A stretch of 64,000 bases of DNA from Eledone cirrhosa (GCA_964016885.1 OZ024742.1:365056001-365120000); one strand, 5' to 3'. Counted from the stretch's first letter, positions 52,742-64,000 are shown. Notes: generated by a model not told the origin, from the sequence alone. A program made the numbers and translations.

Positions 52742-53393
52742 TGTATATATATAGCAGTGTAACAGAAATGAACGCACTAATTTTCGTATTGTAGGCGCTC
52801 ATATCTGTAGTCCATTGTGATATATATATTAGATATGGAGCTAATATGTTTGTGGAGTATCCATACACATTCACTTAATCCCAGATATTTCTACATTGTA
52901 TATACTGACATATACTCTCATCTTATAATTCGGTCGCTTAGCACTAATATCAATATATAACACAATTAACTATTATCTTTATGTAGAATAAACATATCAG
53001 AGCTTCGCTATGAAAATATTTTTTCTCCCTTGTATTTTGTGCGGTAATATTAATGTACAACGAAATAGTTGTCTGACGTTCGCACCGGTCCCTGTAATAG
53101 TTGTGACATCTCCAGAACTCATTGATAGAAACAATATTTGCAGAGCTGAAAAATATTTCTTTCTTTCATAGCGAGGCTCTCGTATATCTAATATATATGA
53201 AAATATCGTATATGATGTCATATACGCTGCTATTATGATATACGCTGTATTAGTGCTACCGACAATTAACTATAGAATGACAAATCCGTACTATAAGGAA
53301 ATGAGCAATCCCAGGCAAGTTTTTATTAAATTTTGTCTATAGAAAAGCACATCTCCAGATGTTCCATCCTCAAAATCTCTATAGACATTACCT

Positions 53394-53560
53394 TTGTCTC
53401 AATAGCGAGAGTAACTGATGAAAGATGTTGTCTCAATAGCGAGAGTAACTGATGAAAGATGTTGTCTCAATAGCGAGAGTAACTGATGAAAGATGTTGTC
53501 TCAATAGCGAGAGTAACTGATGAAAGATGTCTCAATAGCGAGAGTAACTGATGAAAGATG
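53394..53560. repeat. 34-bp tandem repeat, 5 copies
   Basis: aatagcgagagtaactgatgaaagatgttgtctc starts at 53401, 53435, 53469, 53503 and 53534. Confidence 0.95.
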
Positions 53561-53713
53561 AAGAAAGATTGAAATATTTCTCTAGCATTCTCACAGGCCA
53601 CAGTAATAGTTGTGACGAATTTTATAACGTAGTTCTTATGTTTATATATATATATTAACAATGAAAGGTAATCACACTGACACAACAATAATCTTGTTAG
53701 GTTCACGCTTCAC

Positions 53714-53760
<47 letters not shown>

Positions 53761-54267
53761 TGCGCGCGCGCGTGTGTGTGTGTCTCTCTCTCTCTCTCTC
53801 TGTGCGTGCGTGTGTATGTGTGCAAGTATGTATTACATGCACACACATGCACTGCACACATATATAATGATATAACCATAATACATGGGGAGGTAGACAT
53901 CGATAAACAGATAAACTGACATATAGAGCCGTAAAAGCGACTGTTAAGAAGGTTTCTCTGTGTGTGCTTTTCATAGAAAGTCTGCCCTTTTGAAATCATA
54001 AATTATCGACTACGCAAAACGTGAATATATATAGAAATTATCCAGGAACCTTTATGAGAACAAAATGGTGGTATCCACTGTATTATTTGATCTGTCTCAC
54101 TGTTCTTTTCATATTTATTAGATAGAATACTAAAATGGCGCTATGATAATGCTTTAACTCTTTATTTTCATACATTGTAGTATCTTACTTCACAAGCGCC
54201 ATGTATAAACCTATTTAGTACACGTACTTAGAAAGAATACAGATACGTACATTAATCTGCTTGATCC

Positions 54268-54530
54268 CCGTCGTTTCCGACGAAGATTCTCCTATTTGAT
54301 TAGATCAACTGATGGGCCTGCAAACAAAATAACGTGCAAGTGGCTGAGTATTCCACAGATACTTTTACCATAAACTTAGTACTCAGGGTGGCAACGCTGG
54401 ACATATGAATTACAGATACAATTACTATTTTCCAGCTGAGTAGAATGGAATAGCGTGACAATAATTGTTGAAGAACAGAAAGTGCAGCCGACAGTCTAAA
54501 ACACAGCCTCAAGTGTCGTAAAAACCAACC
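54268..54530 (-). mobile_element. Degraded CORE-type SINE
   Basis: aacgtgcaagtggctgagtattccacaga is the reverse complement of the tail at 55880-55930; cagctgagtagaatgga is CORE-like. Confidence 0.55.
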
Positions 54531-54976
54531 AGTAATTCATCACCTATATTAGAAAACACACATACACACACATATATATGTATATATATATATATATATA
54601 TAAAGAGAGAGACAGATAGAGAGAGAGAGAGGATGTAAACCCATATATGCAAGCATATCTGCATATATAGATTCAAAAAATATTCCACACACGCATATTT
54701 ATCCACATATACATAGAAATGAAAATAGTCAAAAATAGTTAAACTGGTAAAGTGAGATATTGTGTTTAAAATCTACAAAACACGCAAGAGCATTTTCAAT
54801 TTCGTATAAATATGAATAAATATATATAATTATATATGTATATATTTATGTAGAGCCCTAGATCAATAGGGCGTAACCACAGTATATACGTTATTTGATA
54901 CATTAGTAGGGCATTCCTGGTGATTTCATACGAATGAGACATTTCCAGTACCCTAGAAGGCACTTCTATATAAAAT

Positions 54977-55018
<42 letters not shown>

Positions 55019-55019
55019 G

Positions 55020-55137
<118 letters not shown>

Positions 55138-55294
55138 GAATGTATGTATAGTATATTCAGCAATATACCATATGTTTAATTTAAAACATTTAGAAGACCA
55201 TTCGCTATCAGTTTTAAAGTAGTGACTATGTCACTTACTTATTTTCGGCGAAAGAAGGGAGAGAGGCGGACAGTCTGTTTCACGCTGGATGGCG

Positions 55295-55346
<52 letters not shown>

Positions 55347-55674
55347 CTGCTGTATGTGAGTAACATTATATATGTATTAATCAACAATTATTTATGCAAC
55401 AATATTCATTGCTACAGCATTGTGTGATTACTTTCGATTTCAAAAAGAGTTAAATGATATCATTCTAAACAAAACAACTCTCATATTTCAAACTAATGTT
55501 TATATCTTTAGATGAGAGCAATGAGATAGAGGCTGTCAAATTTAACGATATTCAGATAAAATTCAAATTCAAACCAAAAGGTGTCATCGAATCGTTTAGA
55601 AATCATTCGATTCCGAAGATCAATAGTATATGGACGTGATATTAATACAACTTCTCAATAATTCTATTATGAAA

Positions 55675-55970
55675 ATGCATGGCATTGTAGTTCGGTCTTT
55701 CGGGTTATGACCGTAAGACTGTGCGTGCGATTGTTGGCGACGTGTTGTGTCCTTGAGCAAGACATTTTATTTACGGTCTTTGCAGTCAACTCAGCTAAAA
55801 TATAAGTCTGTAACTTTAATCGAATAATCCAACCGTGACACACACGTGTTATACTGATTCTCCCTGAGAACTATATTAAGGTTACAATCTTCTGAGGAAT
55901 ACGTAGCCATTTTCACAGTAATATCACGTGCAGGCTGATTCAGTGATCGAATCAACAGGAACACATATCG
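55675..55970 (+). mobile_element. Degraded CORE-type SINE
   Basis: tRNA-like head; ttgtgtccttgagcaagacatt; gtcaactcagct; tail ctccctgagaac...gcaggctg..gatcgaatcaac. Confidence 0.65.
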
Positions 55971-56149
55971 GAGAATTAATTATATTCAGATAAATATCTA
56001 GAAGAAAATAATCCACCAACACTTTAATATATCCCCATTTAATTATCATTTGAGGCCCATTTGTAGCGGTGATCTATATATATTCATACACACACACATG
56101 TACACACATACACGCACACATGTACACACATACACACACACACACATAT

Positions 56150-56237
<88 letters not shown>

Positions 56238-56280
56238 AGTTAAATAAAAGTCAAATGATTAAAATTTAGCTTCGTTTATT

Positions 56281-56335
56281 ACTGCTATATATATTTCAGT
56301 GACAGCCATCTTTGGCTGTGACCTCTTCAGGCAGT
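56281..56335 (-). ncRNA. Hammerhead ribozyme (mirror copy)
   Basis: Exact reverse complement of 56554-56608. Confidence 0.82.
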
Positions 56336-56553
56336 TTGAATTAGTATGGTATAGACAAGTACATATGTTGTTTAGGTGTATGATATTGTCAATACTCTGA
56401 TATGCCCAGTTCCTTGTTGGGTTGTTAATTCACAACCCAACGAGTGAATTCACGAGTGAATTAACAACCCAACAAGGAACTGGGCATATCAGAGTATTGA
56501 CAATATCATACACCTAAACAACATATGTACTTGTCTATACCATACTAATTCAA

Positions 56554-56608
56554 ACTGCCTGAAGAGGTCACAGCCAAAGATGGCTGTCACTGAAATATAT
56601 ATAGCAGT
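56554..56608 (+). ncRNA. Type I hammerhead ribozyme, canonical core
   Basis: actgc-CTGAAGA-ggt(c acagcca aaga tggctgt c)act-GAAA-tatata-TA-gcagt-AATAAA; palindromic stem III. Confidence 0.85.
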
Positions 56609-56756
56609 AATAAACGAAGCTAAATTTTAATCATTTGACTTTTATTTAACTTTATTTTACACTACTCCGGAGTAACCAAACCAACCTGCGCACTTCGTCG
56701 AGTGCTCCAGCCTGCATACTGAGGTGTTGGTACACAACCAACATAAACTCAAAATC

Positions 56757-56799
<43 letters not shown>

Positions 56800-56824
56800 C
56801 TGTGTGTGTATGTGTGTGTGTGTG

Positions 56825-56859
<35 letters not shown>

Positions 56860-56896
56860 ATTTGAAAATTTGTGTCAGATCCTTGGTACAGTTAGG

Positions 56897-57016
56897 TATA
56901 TTTGAAAAAAATGGAAAAGAATGACTTCACTTGTAGTTCTAAATAGTTTGATTTAATTAAATCAAATTATTTAGAACTACAAATGAAGTCATTCTTTTCC
57001 TTTATTTCAAATATAT
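56897..57016. repeat. ~120-bp near-perfect loopless palindrome ending in (TA)n
   Basis: Axis at gatttaa|ttaaatc (56956/56957). Confidence 0.85.
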
Positions 57017-57299
57017 ATATATATATAAAGCCGCATAAGCTGATTGTGCATTGTTGCATTGTTGCATAATATATACAGACGGATGGTGCAGTGCACCTTA
57101 CTGCTGCATTAGTGCGGCAGAAACTCGAGTCCGAGAACCCTTATAGGGACCTGTTTTACGTGTGTTGTGTTGAAGCAAATAACTATGTGTATTCTCTTGA
57201 AATGTATCTCACATTACCCATGGAGTACGCTGAGATACAACCGGTACTGGCATTTATAAATATGCTGGGTCCGTCAACTCATTATTATTATCTCCCAAC

Positions 57300-57539
57300 A
57301 CATTACTGGTTCTTTATTTTATCGACCTCGTAAGGATGAAAGGCAAAGTTAACCTTGGCGGGATTTGAACTCAGATCGTAAAGGGACGTAAACATCCTTT
57401 TCAGCATAGTTACGTCCCTTTACGATCTGAGTTCAAATCCTGCCGAGGTTAACTTTGCCTTTCATCCTTACGAGGTCGATAACATAAAGTACCAGTAATG
57501 TACTGCGTAATTGCTGGCCTCAGGCCAAAAGTAGAAACA
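57300..57539 (+). mobile_element. Meta-domain SINE with a 5' inverted duplication, inside a single TSD
   Basis: Arms 57301-57391 and 57410-57500; TSD attattattatctc[c/g]caac at 57281-57299 and 57540-57558. Confidence 0.88.
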
Positions 57540-57931
57540 ATTATTATTATCTCGCAACTAGCAGACTATCGAGAGTAAGTTAAACAATTTTTCACTTTTT
57601 TATTGTGTTTTTGTATTGATATGCACTTTATTTTCCTGCTATTAATTTTGTCTCTCACTATTTTAAATTGTGAAATAGACTGGTTCTCTACGCACGCGGC
57701 TGGCACATTCCAGCCCGCTACTATATTGCTCTATAATGGATAATCGAATTTAAAGTCCGTTAGAGGTTCTTGGCACTACCATTGTTACCATCGCTTTCCT
57801 CTAGCAATGGGACTTGGAGACATGAGCCGAATGATACCATTCTATTATACATCGATGTGGGACTGCTATTTCTAATAGCCATCTTTTCACCTCTTAATAA
57901 TTTGTGTGTGAGACACGTTGGCTGGGTTAAT

Positions 57932-58107
57932 TATTATAAAATAACAGGAGGCTGGACTGGTGTAATACCTTAAAAAGATTATTATACTATGATCAATTCA
58001 ATGACCGGGTTCAGTATGAATCCGGATTCATACTGAACCCGGTCATTGAATTGATCATAGTATAATAATCTTTTTAAGGTATTACACCAGTCCAACCTCC
58101 TGTTATT

Positions 58108-58115
<8 letters not shown>
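57932..58115. mobile_element. 184-bp loopless palindrome made from the 3' end of the 62161 element
   Basis: Axis tcc|gga at 58023/58024; arms match 62161-62254; one visible mismatch between arms. Confidence 0.88.
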
Positions 58116-58158
<43 letters not shown>

Positions 58159-58159
58159 T

Positions 58160-58436
58160 AATGTCAACTCTGGATGTCGGTGAGCATGTCCAGCCAACCT
58201 CAGTCTCCTCTGTGTCACTTTTGAGCTGACTTTTGACATTGCACTGTGCTCCTTTGGGAGCCCCTACATGGACACACTAGAAGAGGAAGACCAAGGTTAA
58301 CATATGTTGATGCCCTAAGGACAGACACTGGTCTGTTGGAGATGCAGGATATGGCAGCGATAATGAGGGACAGAGACCGCTGGAGAGAACTCGTCCATTG
58401 ATCTCGGGAATTTTACCCGCCTTAGATAGATAGATA
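58160..58436 (+). mobile_element. RTE-clade LINE 3' end with a 5' inversion
   Basis: + strand encodes VLLWEPLHGHTRRGRPRLTYVD..MRDRDRWRELV; inverted 58160-58235 encodes RRLRLAGHAHRHPEL on the minus strand; (TAGA)n tail. Confidence 0.8.
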
Positions 58437-58549
58437 TATAGTAATAATAATAAATTTGAAGACTAAAATCCAAACAGGGCTCGATAAGGATAAATATATA
58501 TCAAATATATAATAACCGTAGAGCAAATATATATTAAAATAACAGATTA

Positions 58550-58600
58550 AGTTTAAGCAAAGAATCGCTGCTTTCACCCTTAACGGGATCTTCTGAAACT
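58550..58600 (-). ncRNA. Hammerhead-like motif with CAGAAGA core (U4 to A)
   Basis: Minus strand: agttt-CAGAAGA-tccc(gttaa)gggt-GAAA-gca(gcgattctt)tgc-TT-aaact; same core in the copy at 62032-62081. Confidence 0.62.
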
Positions 58601-59078
58601 AAAAAAATCAATCTGTGAACGCAGAAGTAAATATTTCAAAAATATTGCAACCGAAGGAAGAGAGGTAGACGATACTTTGGTTCATGGAAACGTTCCCTGG
58701 CAAAGAACGGATAAAACGAAGATAATACGTCATTATTTGGACCGGGGAAAACAATTACACGCAAAGACAAAACCACGTTTATGGTATAAATGAAGTGGTA
58801 GACTAATATTGGATGAGGCGGATCATGGAGACGTTCTCTGGCAATGAACGGAAAAAACGAAGATAATACGTCAATATGTGGAGCGAGAGAAAATTACACG
58901 CAAAGACAAAACCACGTTAGTGATATAACTGAAGTTGTAGACTAAAATGCTATTTAGGAAAGCGAATGATTCTCGGCTTCACAAAAAAACCCGCACGCAC
59001 ATACAGAACCCACGCTACGCCTGTACCCGGACACATACGAACGTATACACCAAATACACATAAAAATATATATATAAA

Positions 59079-59109
<31 letters not shown>

Positions 59110-59371
59110 CGCGTGTATAAATATAATTATATAAACGTATATAAATATACACAAAAATACGTATATAACGCTTGCACACACATACCTACATGTAAATACA
59201 CATATGTTCGCCAAACTACGTCAACCAAAACACAAAGTACACATATACACAAACTCTATACACGTACGAGAAAGTATACGTACCTTCACAAATAAGTAAT
59301 GGTACATACATAACATATACTTAGCTACCACATCAAGACGTAAAATATCCGCGTATAGTTCGTACTATCCG

Positions 59372-60600
59372 TTAGGGTATAATGTGGGGCTGTAATACAG
59401 GAAAGTTTTGTGCAATTTTTTGTTTACAAGCCGAAATTGCCTCAGATATTTTGTTTAAGATGTGGTCTTTGGCGTAGAGTATTTCCAGGGATTCAGCGGC
59501 GCAGAGGTCACATGGTCTTTTCTTTGCGTTATACGATCTAGATTCAACTAGGATCTCCCAGTGTAACTTATATTGGGTGTGGTTGTCTTTTAGACTCCAG
59601 ATATAAGCTGAAAGTGACGTCATATTCCTCCTTAAAGGGTTAAGAAAAGAATGGGTATGCATGTAAAGACGCTGCTTGAATCTATTGGCGGTTAACCCTA
59701 TGTAGGCCCTACGGGGCGTGGGTGTTTCAACCTTACATTTGTAGACAATGTTACTAGAGAGGCATTTCCCGGATAGGGGGCAAACAACCCGATTCCTACA
59801 ATTACAGTTAGTACTAGCTACAGGGTTGCACGTGTTCCTACGGCTAGGTAGTTTAGCTAAATTTGAAGCTGTGATGTTATGTGCAAGGTTAGGAGTCGTA
59901 GAGGAAGAAATTTTAATGGTATTTCTATTAAAAATGTTACTATATTTATGTGCTGGGGGGAAATGCTTCATAATAAGGGAGAGAAAGATCTTAGCTAATG
60001 GTGTGGCCACCTCCATATTATATGGTGGGTTATACCATATAATGCGTCAGGATCTATTTCTTCTAGGTCTATTCTCATACTCTGTATATGCTACCTTATC
60101 GACAAATCTACTCCGAGCAAGAGCTTCATTGTAATATGTGGAATGGTCGGTGAAAATACGCTCGTTTGTAGATAGACGGGAAAGCCTCAAAGAAACGTTT
60201 CTTACCAGGTTCTTGGTTGTGCTGGCAGGATGGTTAGAATGCTTACTTATGTAATTAAGCTTATCATTCGGCTTTCTATACGGGTAGTGCAAGCCATTCG
60301 ACAAATTGAGGGTAACATCGAGGTAATTAACGACAGAGAGGTTGGCCTCAACCTGTATAGAGAGGTTGAAGCCTTTAAAGAAGGCTGTGAGTTCTTTTCT
60401 GAACCTGTCGCAAGCACGAGGGCCGCACTTAGTCATGGTCAAAAGACCATCATCACGGTACAAACCACCGCTCGCGTTGGGGAATTCGTCCTTGATAGAG
60501 AAAATAAGGAAAAGGCCGATAAGATCAGTAACCTCTGCAGAATCTCTGGCGCCCATACTAACGTCGAATGGGGGTACTATTAGATTGTTTAATCCAAATA

Positions 60601-60601
<1 letters not shown>
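59372..60601 (-). pseudogene. PLE RT/thumb + Cys-rich linker + GIY-YIG endonuclease, one in-frame TGA at 60047-60049
   Basis: FDVSMGARDSAEVTDLIGL, GLYRDDGL, VNYLDVTL, YRKP..SNHP, IIWYNPPY, CNCR..CPLSGKC, IVYKC..YIGLT..FKQR..H, CDLC. Confidence 0.9.
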
Positions 60602-60642
<41 letters not shown>

Positions 60643-61143
60643 TGATGCACTCAGGTAACATCTCTTAAAATTAGTTCAATTATCAACAGTAAAGAGAAAT
60701 TCACACAAACCAGAGAATACCTCAGACGGCAATAGATAAACATTGAAATATTCCCAGACTGTGTAAATAACGTAACTTTAGTCATTTCCATTCCTCTTCT
60801 CTCTTCATTATATGGTAAAGTGCATTAAATAGACTGTCTCGTATAAATACTGAACATGAAACGAAGCGGAAATTACGTCTGACTCTCATAAAGATAACAT
60901 CTATTTTTTTTTTTATTGAACGTTACGGTGCATTCATTGCATTAAATTAACATATTTATCATGATCGGAAATTATTTAGTTTTTATGTTATATGTTACTA
61001 ATTAATATGTATAATTTTAAGAGGACTGAGCATCAGATTTCATACGTCCTCCCACAAAATTTACCAATAGAAGAAGGAATGCGCAAGACTCCAAGAGAAA
61101 AATCGAAAAAACCTGACTCATATATATATATATATATATACAT

Positions 61144-61339
61144 GAAAATGTTCAAGACCCCGACGGTAGAGCTCAAGCCGCCCTCGACGGCTATTTCTGG
61201 ACCAGAAATAGCCGTCGAAACGGCTTGAGCTCTGCCGTCGGGGTCTTGAACATTTTCCTATTACCCTCTCTACTACCCTAAGTATTGAGTACTCTGATGC
61301 GTTATGGTCCACCTGGTTCCTTACCACACATCCTTCATT
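61144..61339 (+). mobile_element. Short fold-back PLE-type element (family C)
   Basis: Hairpin 61144-61257 centred on ctgg-ac-cag; shared tail; (TA)n on both sides. Confidence 0.8.
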
Positions 61340-61431
61340 ATATATATATGAGGGAGGTGAAACAGTCTGGAACTAGCTGCTTAAACGGCAAGAACTCAGC
61401 CCTCGGGTCCTGACTCTTTATGTATGTATTA

Positions 61432-61482
61432 TGTTGTTACACTGCCTCACCGTCTCTGAGACGGCGAGGCATTGTAACAACA
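61432..61482. repeat. 51-bp imperfect hairpin
   Basis: tgttgttacactgcctcaccgtctc-t-gagacggcgaggcattgtaacaaca. Confidence 0.7.
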
Positions 61483-61741
61483 CACTACTTCGTTCGTCTT
61501 TGGATCAAAAACATAAACACACACTTTTTCTTCTTTGTTTTTTCTTTCCTTGTTTCCTTAAAGTTTACCATCATTCCGTTGGTATACATCTATTACGCAA
61601 TTTACACCTGAATAAGTCACCGGGTTCTGATGCAAACTTGCCACTGAAATGTGCATAGCGTTTGCAGTATTAAATATTTAAGTAAATTCAACATATTTAG
61701 CCTCCTGTTATTTCATTTTATAATATATATATATATGCGAG

Positions 61742-61774
<33 letters not shown>

Positions 61775-61901
61775 TAAGAAGGCGTGGTAAGAAACCAGGT
61801 GCCGCGTAACGCACCAGACTACTCGATGCTTAGGGTAGAGTGTTCAGATCTAGCTTTCGAAATGGCCGGAGCGCAGCCGTCGGTGTCGTGACTATTTCCC
61901 T

Positions 61902-61902
<1 letters not shown>
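61775..61902 (-). mobile_element. Diverged family C copy: tail on minus strand joined to an inverted HHR half
   Basis: 61775-61838 is the reverse complement of the family C tail; 61844-61902 reads gaaatggcc..gccgtcgg on the + strand. Confidence 0.6.
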
Positions 61903-61980
<78 letters not shown>

Positions 61981-61981
<1 letters not shown>

Positions 61982-62092
61982 GTAATAATAATAAATTTGA
62001 AGACTAAAATCCAAAGAGAGCTCGATAAGGATTTTCAGAAGATCCCGTTAAGGGTGAAAGCACCGATTCTTTGCTTGAACTTTAATCTGTTA

Positions 62093-62100
<8 letters not shown>
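61981..62100 (-). mobile_element. Mini-insertion of the Neptune-like element terminus with an inverted HHR segment
   Basis: 61981-62032 matches 58440-58491; 62032-62100 is the reverse complement of ~58530-58598; (TA)n flanks. Confidence 0.8.
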
Positions 62101-62154
<54 letters not shown>

Positions 62155-62160
62155 AATAAT

Positions 62161-64000
62161 TATAATGAAATGACAGGAGGCTGGATTTGTGTAAATCCTT
62201 GAAAGGTTTATTATACTATGATCATTTCAATGACCGGGTTCCGTATGAATCCGGTGATATCATCAGGTATTCGAAATATAATACGTGAATGTAATAGATA
62301 AAATCCATGGGGCTGAAAATCAAGGACTCGAGGGCGACCGCCATCCACCACCTTCTACCTTAGCCGGTCGCCCTCGAGTGACGTGGCTAAAGCTTACAGT
62401 GTGCTACTACCGGTCAGATAAAGGAAAACAGAAAGGGATGGGAACATAAGTTAGCGTTAATATCATGCCACAAGAAAAAAGAAAGAAAGAAAGAAGAGAG
62501 AAGAAGGAGGAAGGAAGAAAAGGAAGAAGAAGAGAAGCCAGGGTTAATGTCAGCTATAAGAAGAAAGACAGAAAGAAAGAGGAGGAAAGGTCGGTATTAC
62601 AGTCAGGCCAGGATTGTCGCGAAGAAATATTTTTATACTAAGGGACCCGTATCTTAACAACTACTACCGGTCAAATATAGGCAAACAAAAAGAGGGAAGG
62701 AAGATAAGTCTGCGGGAGGAAGACAGAAAGAAGGGCGAAGAGAAGGAAGAAAATGAAGAAGTAGAAAAGTCAGGGTTGATGGCTACAAGAAGAAAGATAG
62801 AAAGAAGGAGGAAGAAAGGCGTAATTAATGTCAGACTACAGTCAGGCCAGAATGGCGCGAAAATATGTTCACGGGGACACGTATCTTAGCAGAGGTAAAT
62901 ATAGTGGGGTTCAGTGTGTTATAATGTGTGAGCAGAAGATTGGGACGTTACGTTTTTGTTTAGACTTACAGGATGAAGTTAAAAATTAATAATTAATATC
63001 TAATATCAAAGAAATTAGAAAATTAAAAAGTTAAACAGTTTAACATTTTATGGTTGATATATCTAATAGTTCTGATTTGATCTGTAATTTAAAGGTACTA
63101 TGTGGCGGTTAAAAAACCAGCCGCGCGCCCGGCCCATGGAGCAAATCAAGCCACTCCGAGTAGTTTCATTTACCGAAAGAAGGGGGAATTTATTATACTC
63201 GGAGTGGCTTGATTCGCCCCAGGGGCCGGGCGCACGGCTGGTTTTTTAACCGCCACATAGTACCTTTAAATTACAGATCAAATCAGAACTATTAGATATA
63301 TCAACCTTAAAATGTTAAACTGTTTAACTTTAAATTTTCTAATTTCTTTGATATTAGATATTAATTATTAATTTTTAACTTCATCCTATAAGTCTAAACA
63401 AAAAAGTAACGTCCCAATCTTCTGCTCACACATTATAACACACTGACCCCCACTATATTTACCTCTGCTAAGATACGGGTCCCCGTGAACATATTTTCGC
63501 GCCATTCTGGCCTGACTGTAGTCTGACATTAATTACGCCTTTCTTCCTCCTTCTTTCTATCTTTCTTCTTGTAGCCATCAACCCTGACTTTTCTACTCCT
63601 TCATTTTCTTCCTTCTCTTCTCCCTTCTTTCTGTCTTCCTCCCGCAGACTTATCTTCCTTCCCCCTTTTTGTTTACCTATATTTGACCGGTAGAAGTTGT
63701 TAAGATACGGGTCCGAAAATTTCTTCGCGACAATCCTGGCCTCACTGTTATACCGACGTTTCCTCCTCTTTCATTCTGTCTTTCTTCTTATAGCTGACAT
63801 TAACCCTGGCTTCTCTTCTTCTTCCTTTTCTTCCTTCCTCCTTCTTCTCTCTTCTTTCTTTCTTTCTTTTTTCTTGTGGCACGATATTAACGCTAACTTA
63901 TGTTCCCATCCCTTTCTGTTTTCCTTTATTTGACCGGTAGTAGCACACTGTAAGCTTTAGCCACGTCACTCGAGGGCGACCGGCTAAGGTAGAAGGTGCT
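62161..64000 (-). mobile_element. Large non-coding fold-back PLE-type element (~810-bp inverted arms), runs to the window end
   Basis: Arms ~62349-63162 and 63196-63998 with a 33-bp spacer; HHR and AATAAA near the 62161 terminus; diverged ~255-bp direct repeat inside each arm. Confidence 0.85.
62213..62270 (-). ncRNA. Type I hammerhead ribozyme, canonical CUGAUGA core
   Basis: Minus strand: atac-CTGATGA-tat(c accgg..ccggt c)att-GAAA-tgatca-TA-gtat-AATAAA; palindromic stem III atgatcat. Confidence 0.8.

Larger units (their letters stand above)
56231..56756 (+). mobile_element. Fold-back PLE-type element with ~203-bp apparently identical arms and a canonical HHR
   Basis: Arms 56231-56433 and 56456-56658; ~100-bp unpaired 3' tail; (TA)n on both sides. 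Confidence 0.88.
58440..60601 (-). mobile_element. 5'-truncated Penelope-like element, Neptune-like (RT + C-terminal GIY-YIG)
   Basis: ORF remnant, long 3' region with a ~143-bp tandem duplication, HHR-like motif; (TA)n at both ends. Confidence 0.9.

Noticed and set aside
53394-53560. CTGATGA in each 34-bp unit, suggesting tandem hammerheads
   Set aside because: No stem II closed by GAAA and no stem I or III can be built
52997-53640. Possible minus-strand exons (acceptor near 53147, donor near 53390) and a shared 14-mer gtaatagttgtgac
   Set aside because: No recognisable product; splice-like motifs are expected by chance
60047-60049. In-frame TGA as possible selenocysteine in the PLE ORF
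   Set aside because: It lies in the Arg-rich motif before IIWYNPPY, so CGA-to-TGA decay is simpler; no SECIS recognised

Overview
Eukaryotic, AT- and microsatellite-rich, repeat-dominated animal DNA. The SINE types suggest an octopod cephalopod (inference). No host gene is recognisable. Contents: three tandem arrays (37/25-bp at 2.2-5.5 kb, G/T-rich 41/35-bp at 21.4-38.4 kb, 32-bp at 38.9-48.9 kb); two L1/Tx1-clade LINE families, one with an intact ~1140-aa ORF2; an R4/Dong-like RLE LINE; an RTE 3' end; a Neptune-like Penelope-like element (PLE; RT + GIY-YIG); and several tRNA-derived SINEs. The most notable signal is a set of about seven unrelated, mostly non-coding PLE-type families inserted in (TA)n tracts. 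They carry type I hammerhead ribozyme (HHR) motifs, including U3-A8 and A4 core variants, and mostly occur as fold-back palindromes, several with the axis inside ribozyme stem II. Also seen: a GTAAGT motif conserved at the ORF1/ORF2 junction of both Tx1 families, apparent partitioning of microsatellite targets among retroelements, and a 10-kb satellite that may have arisen inside a SINE. All alignments and folds were done by eye.
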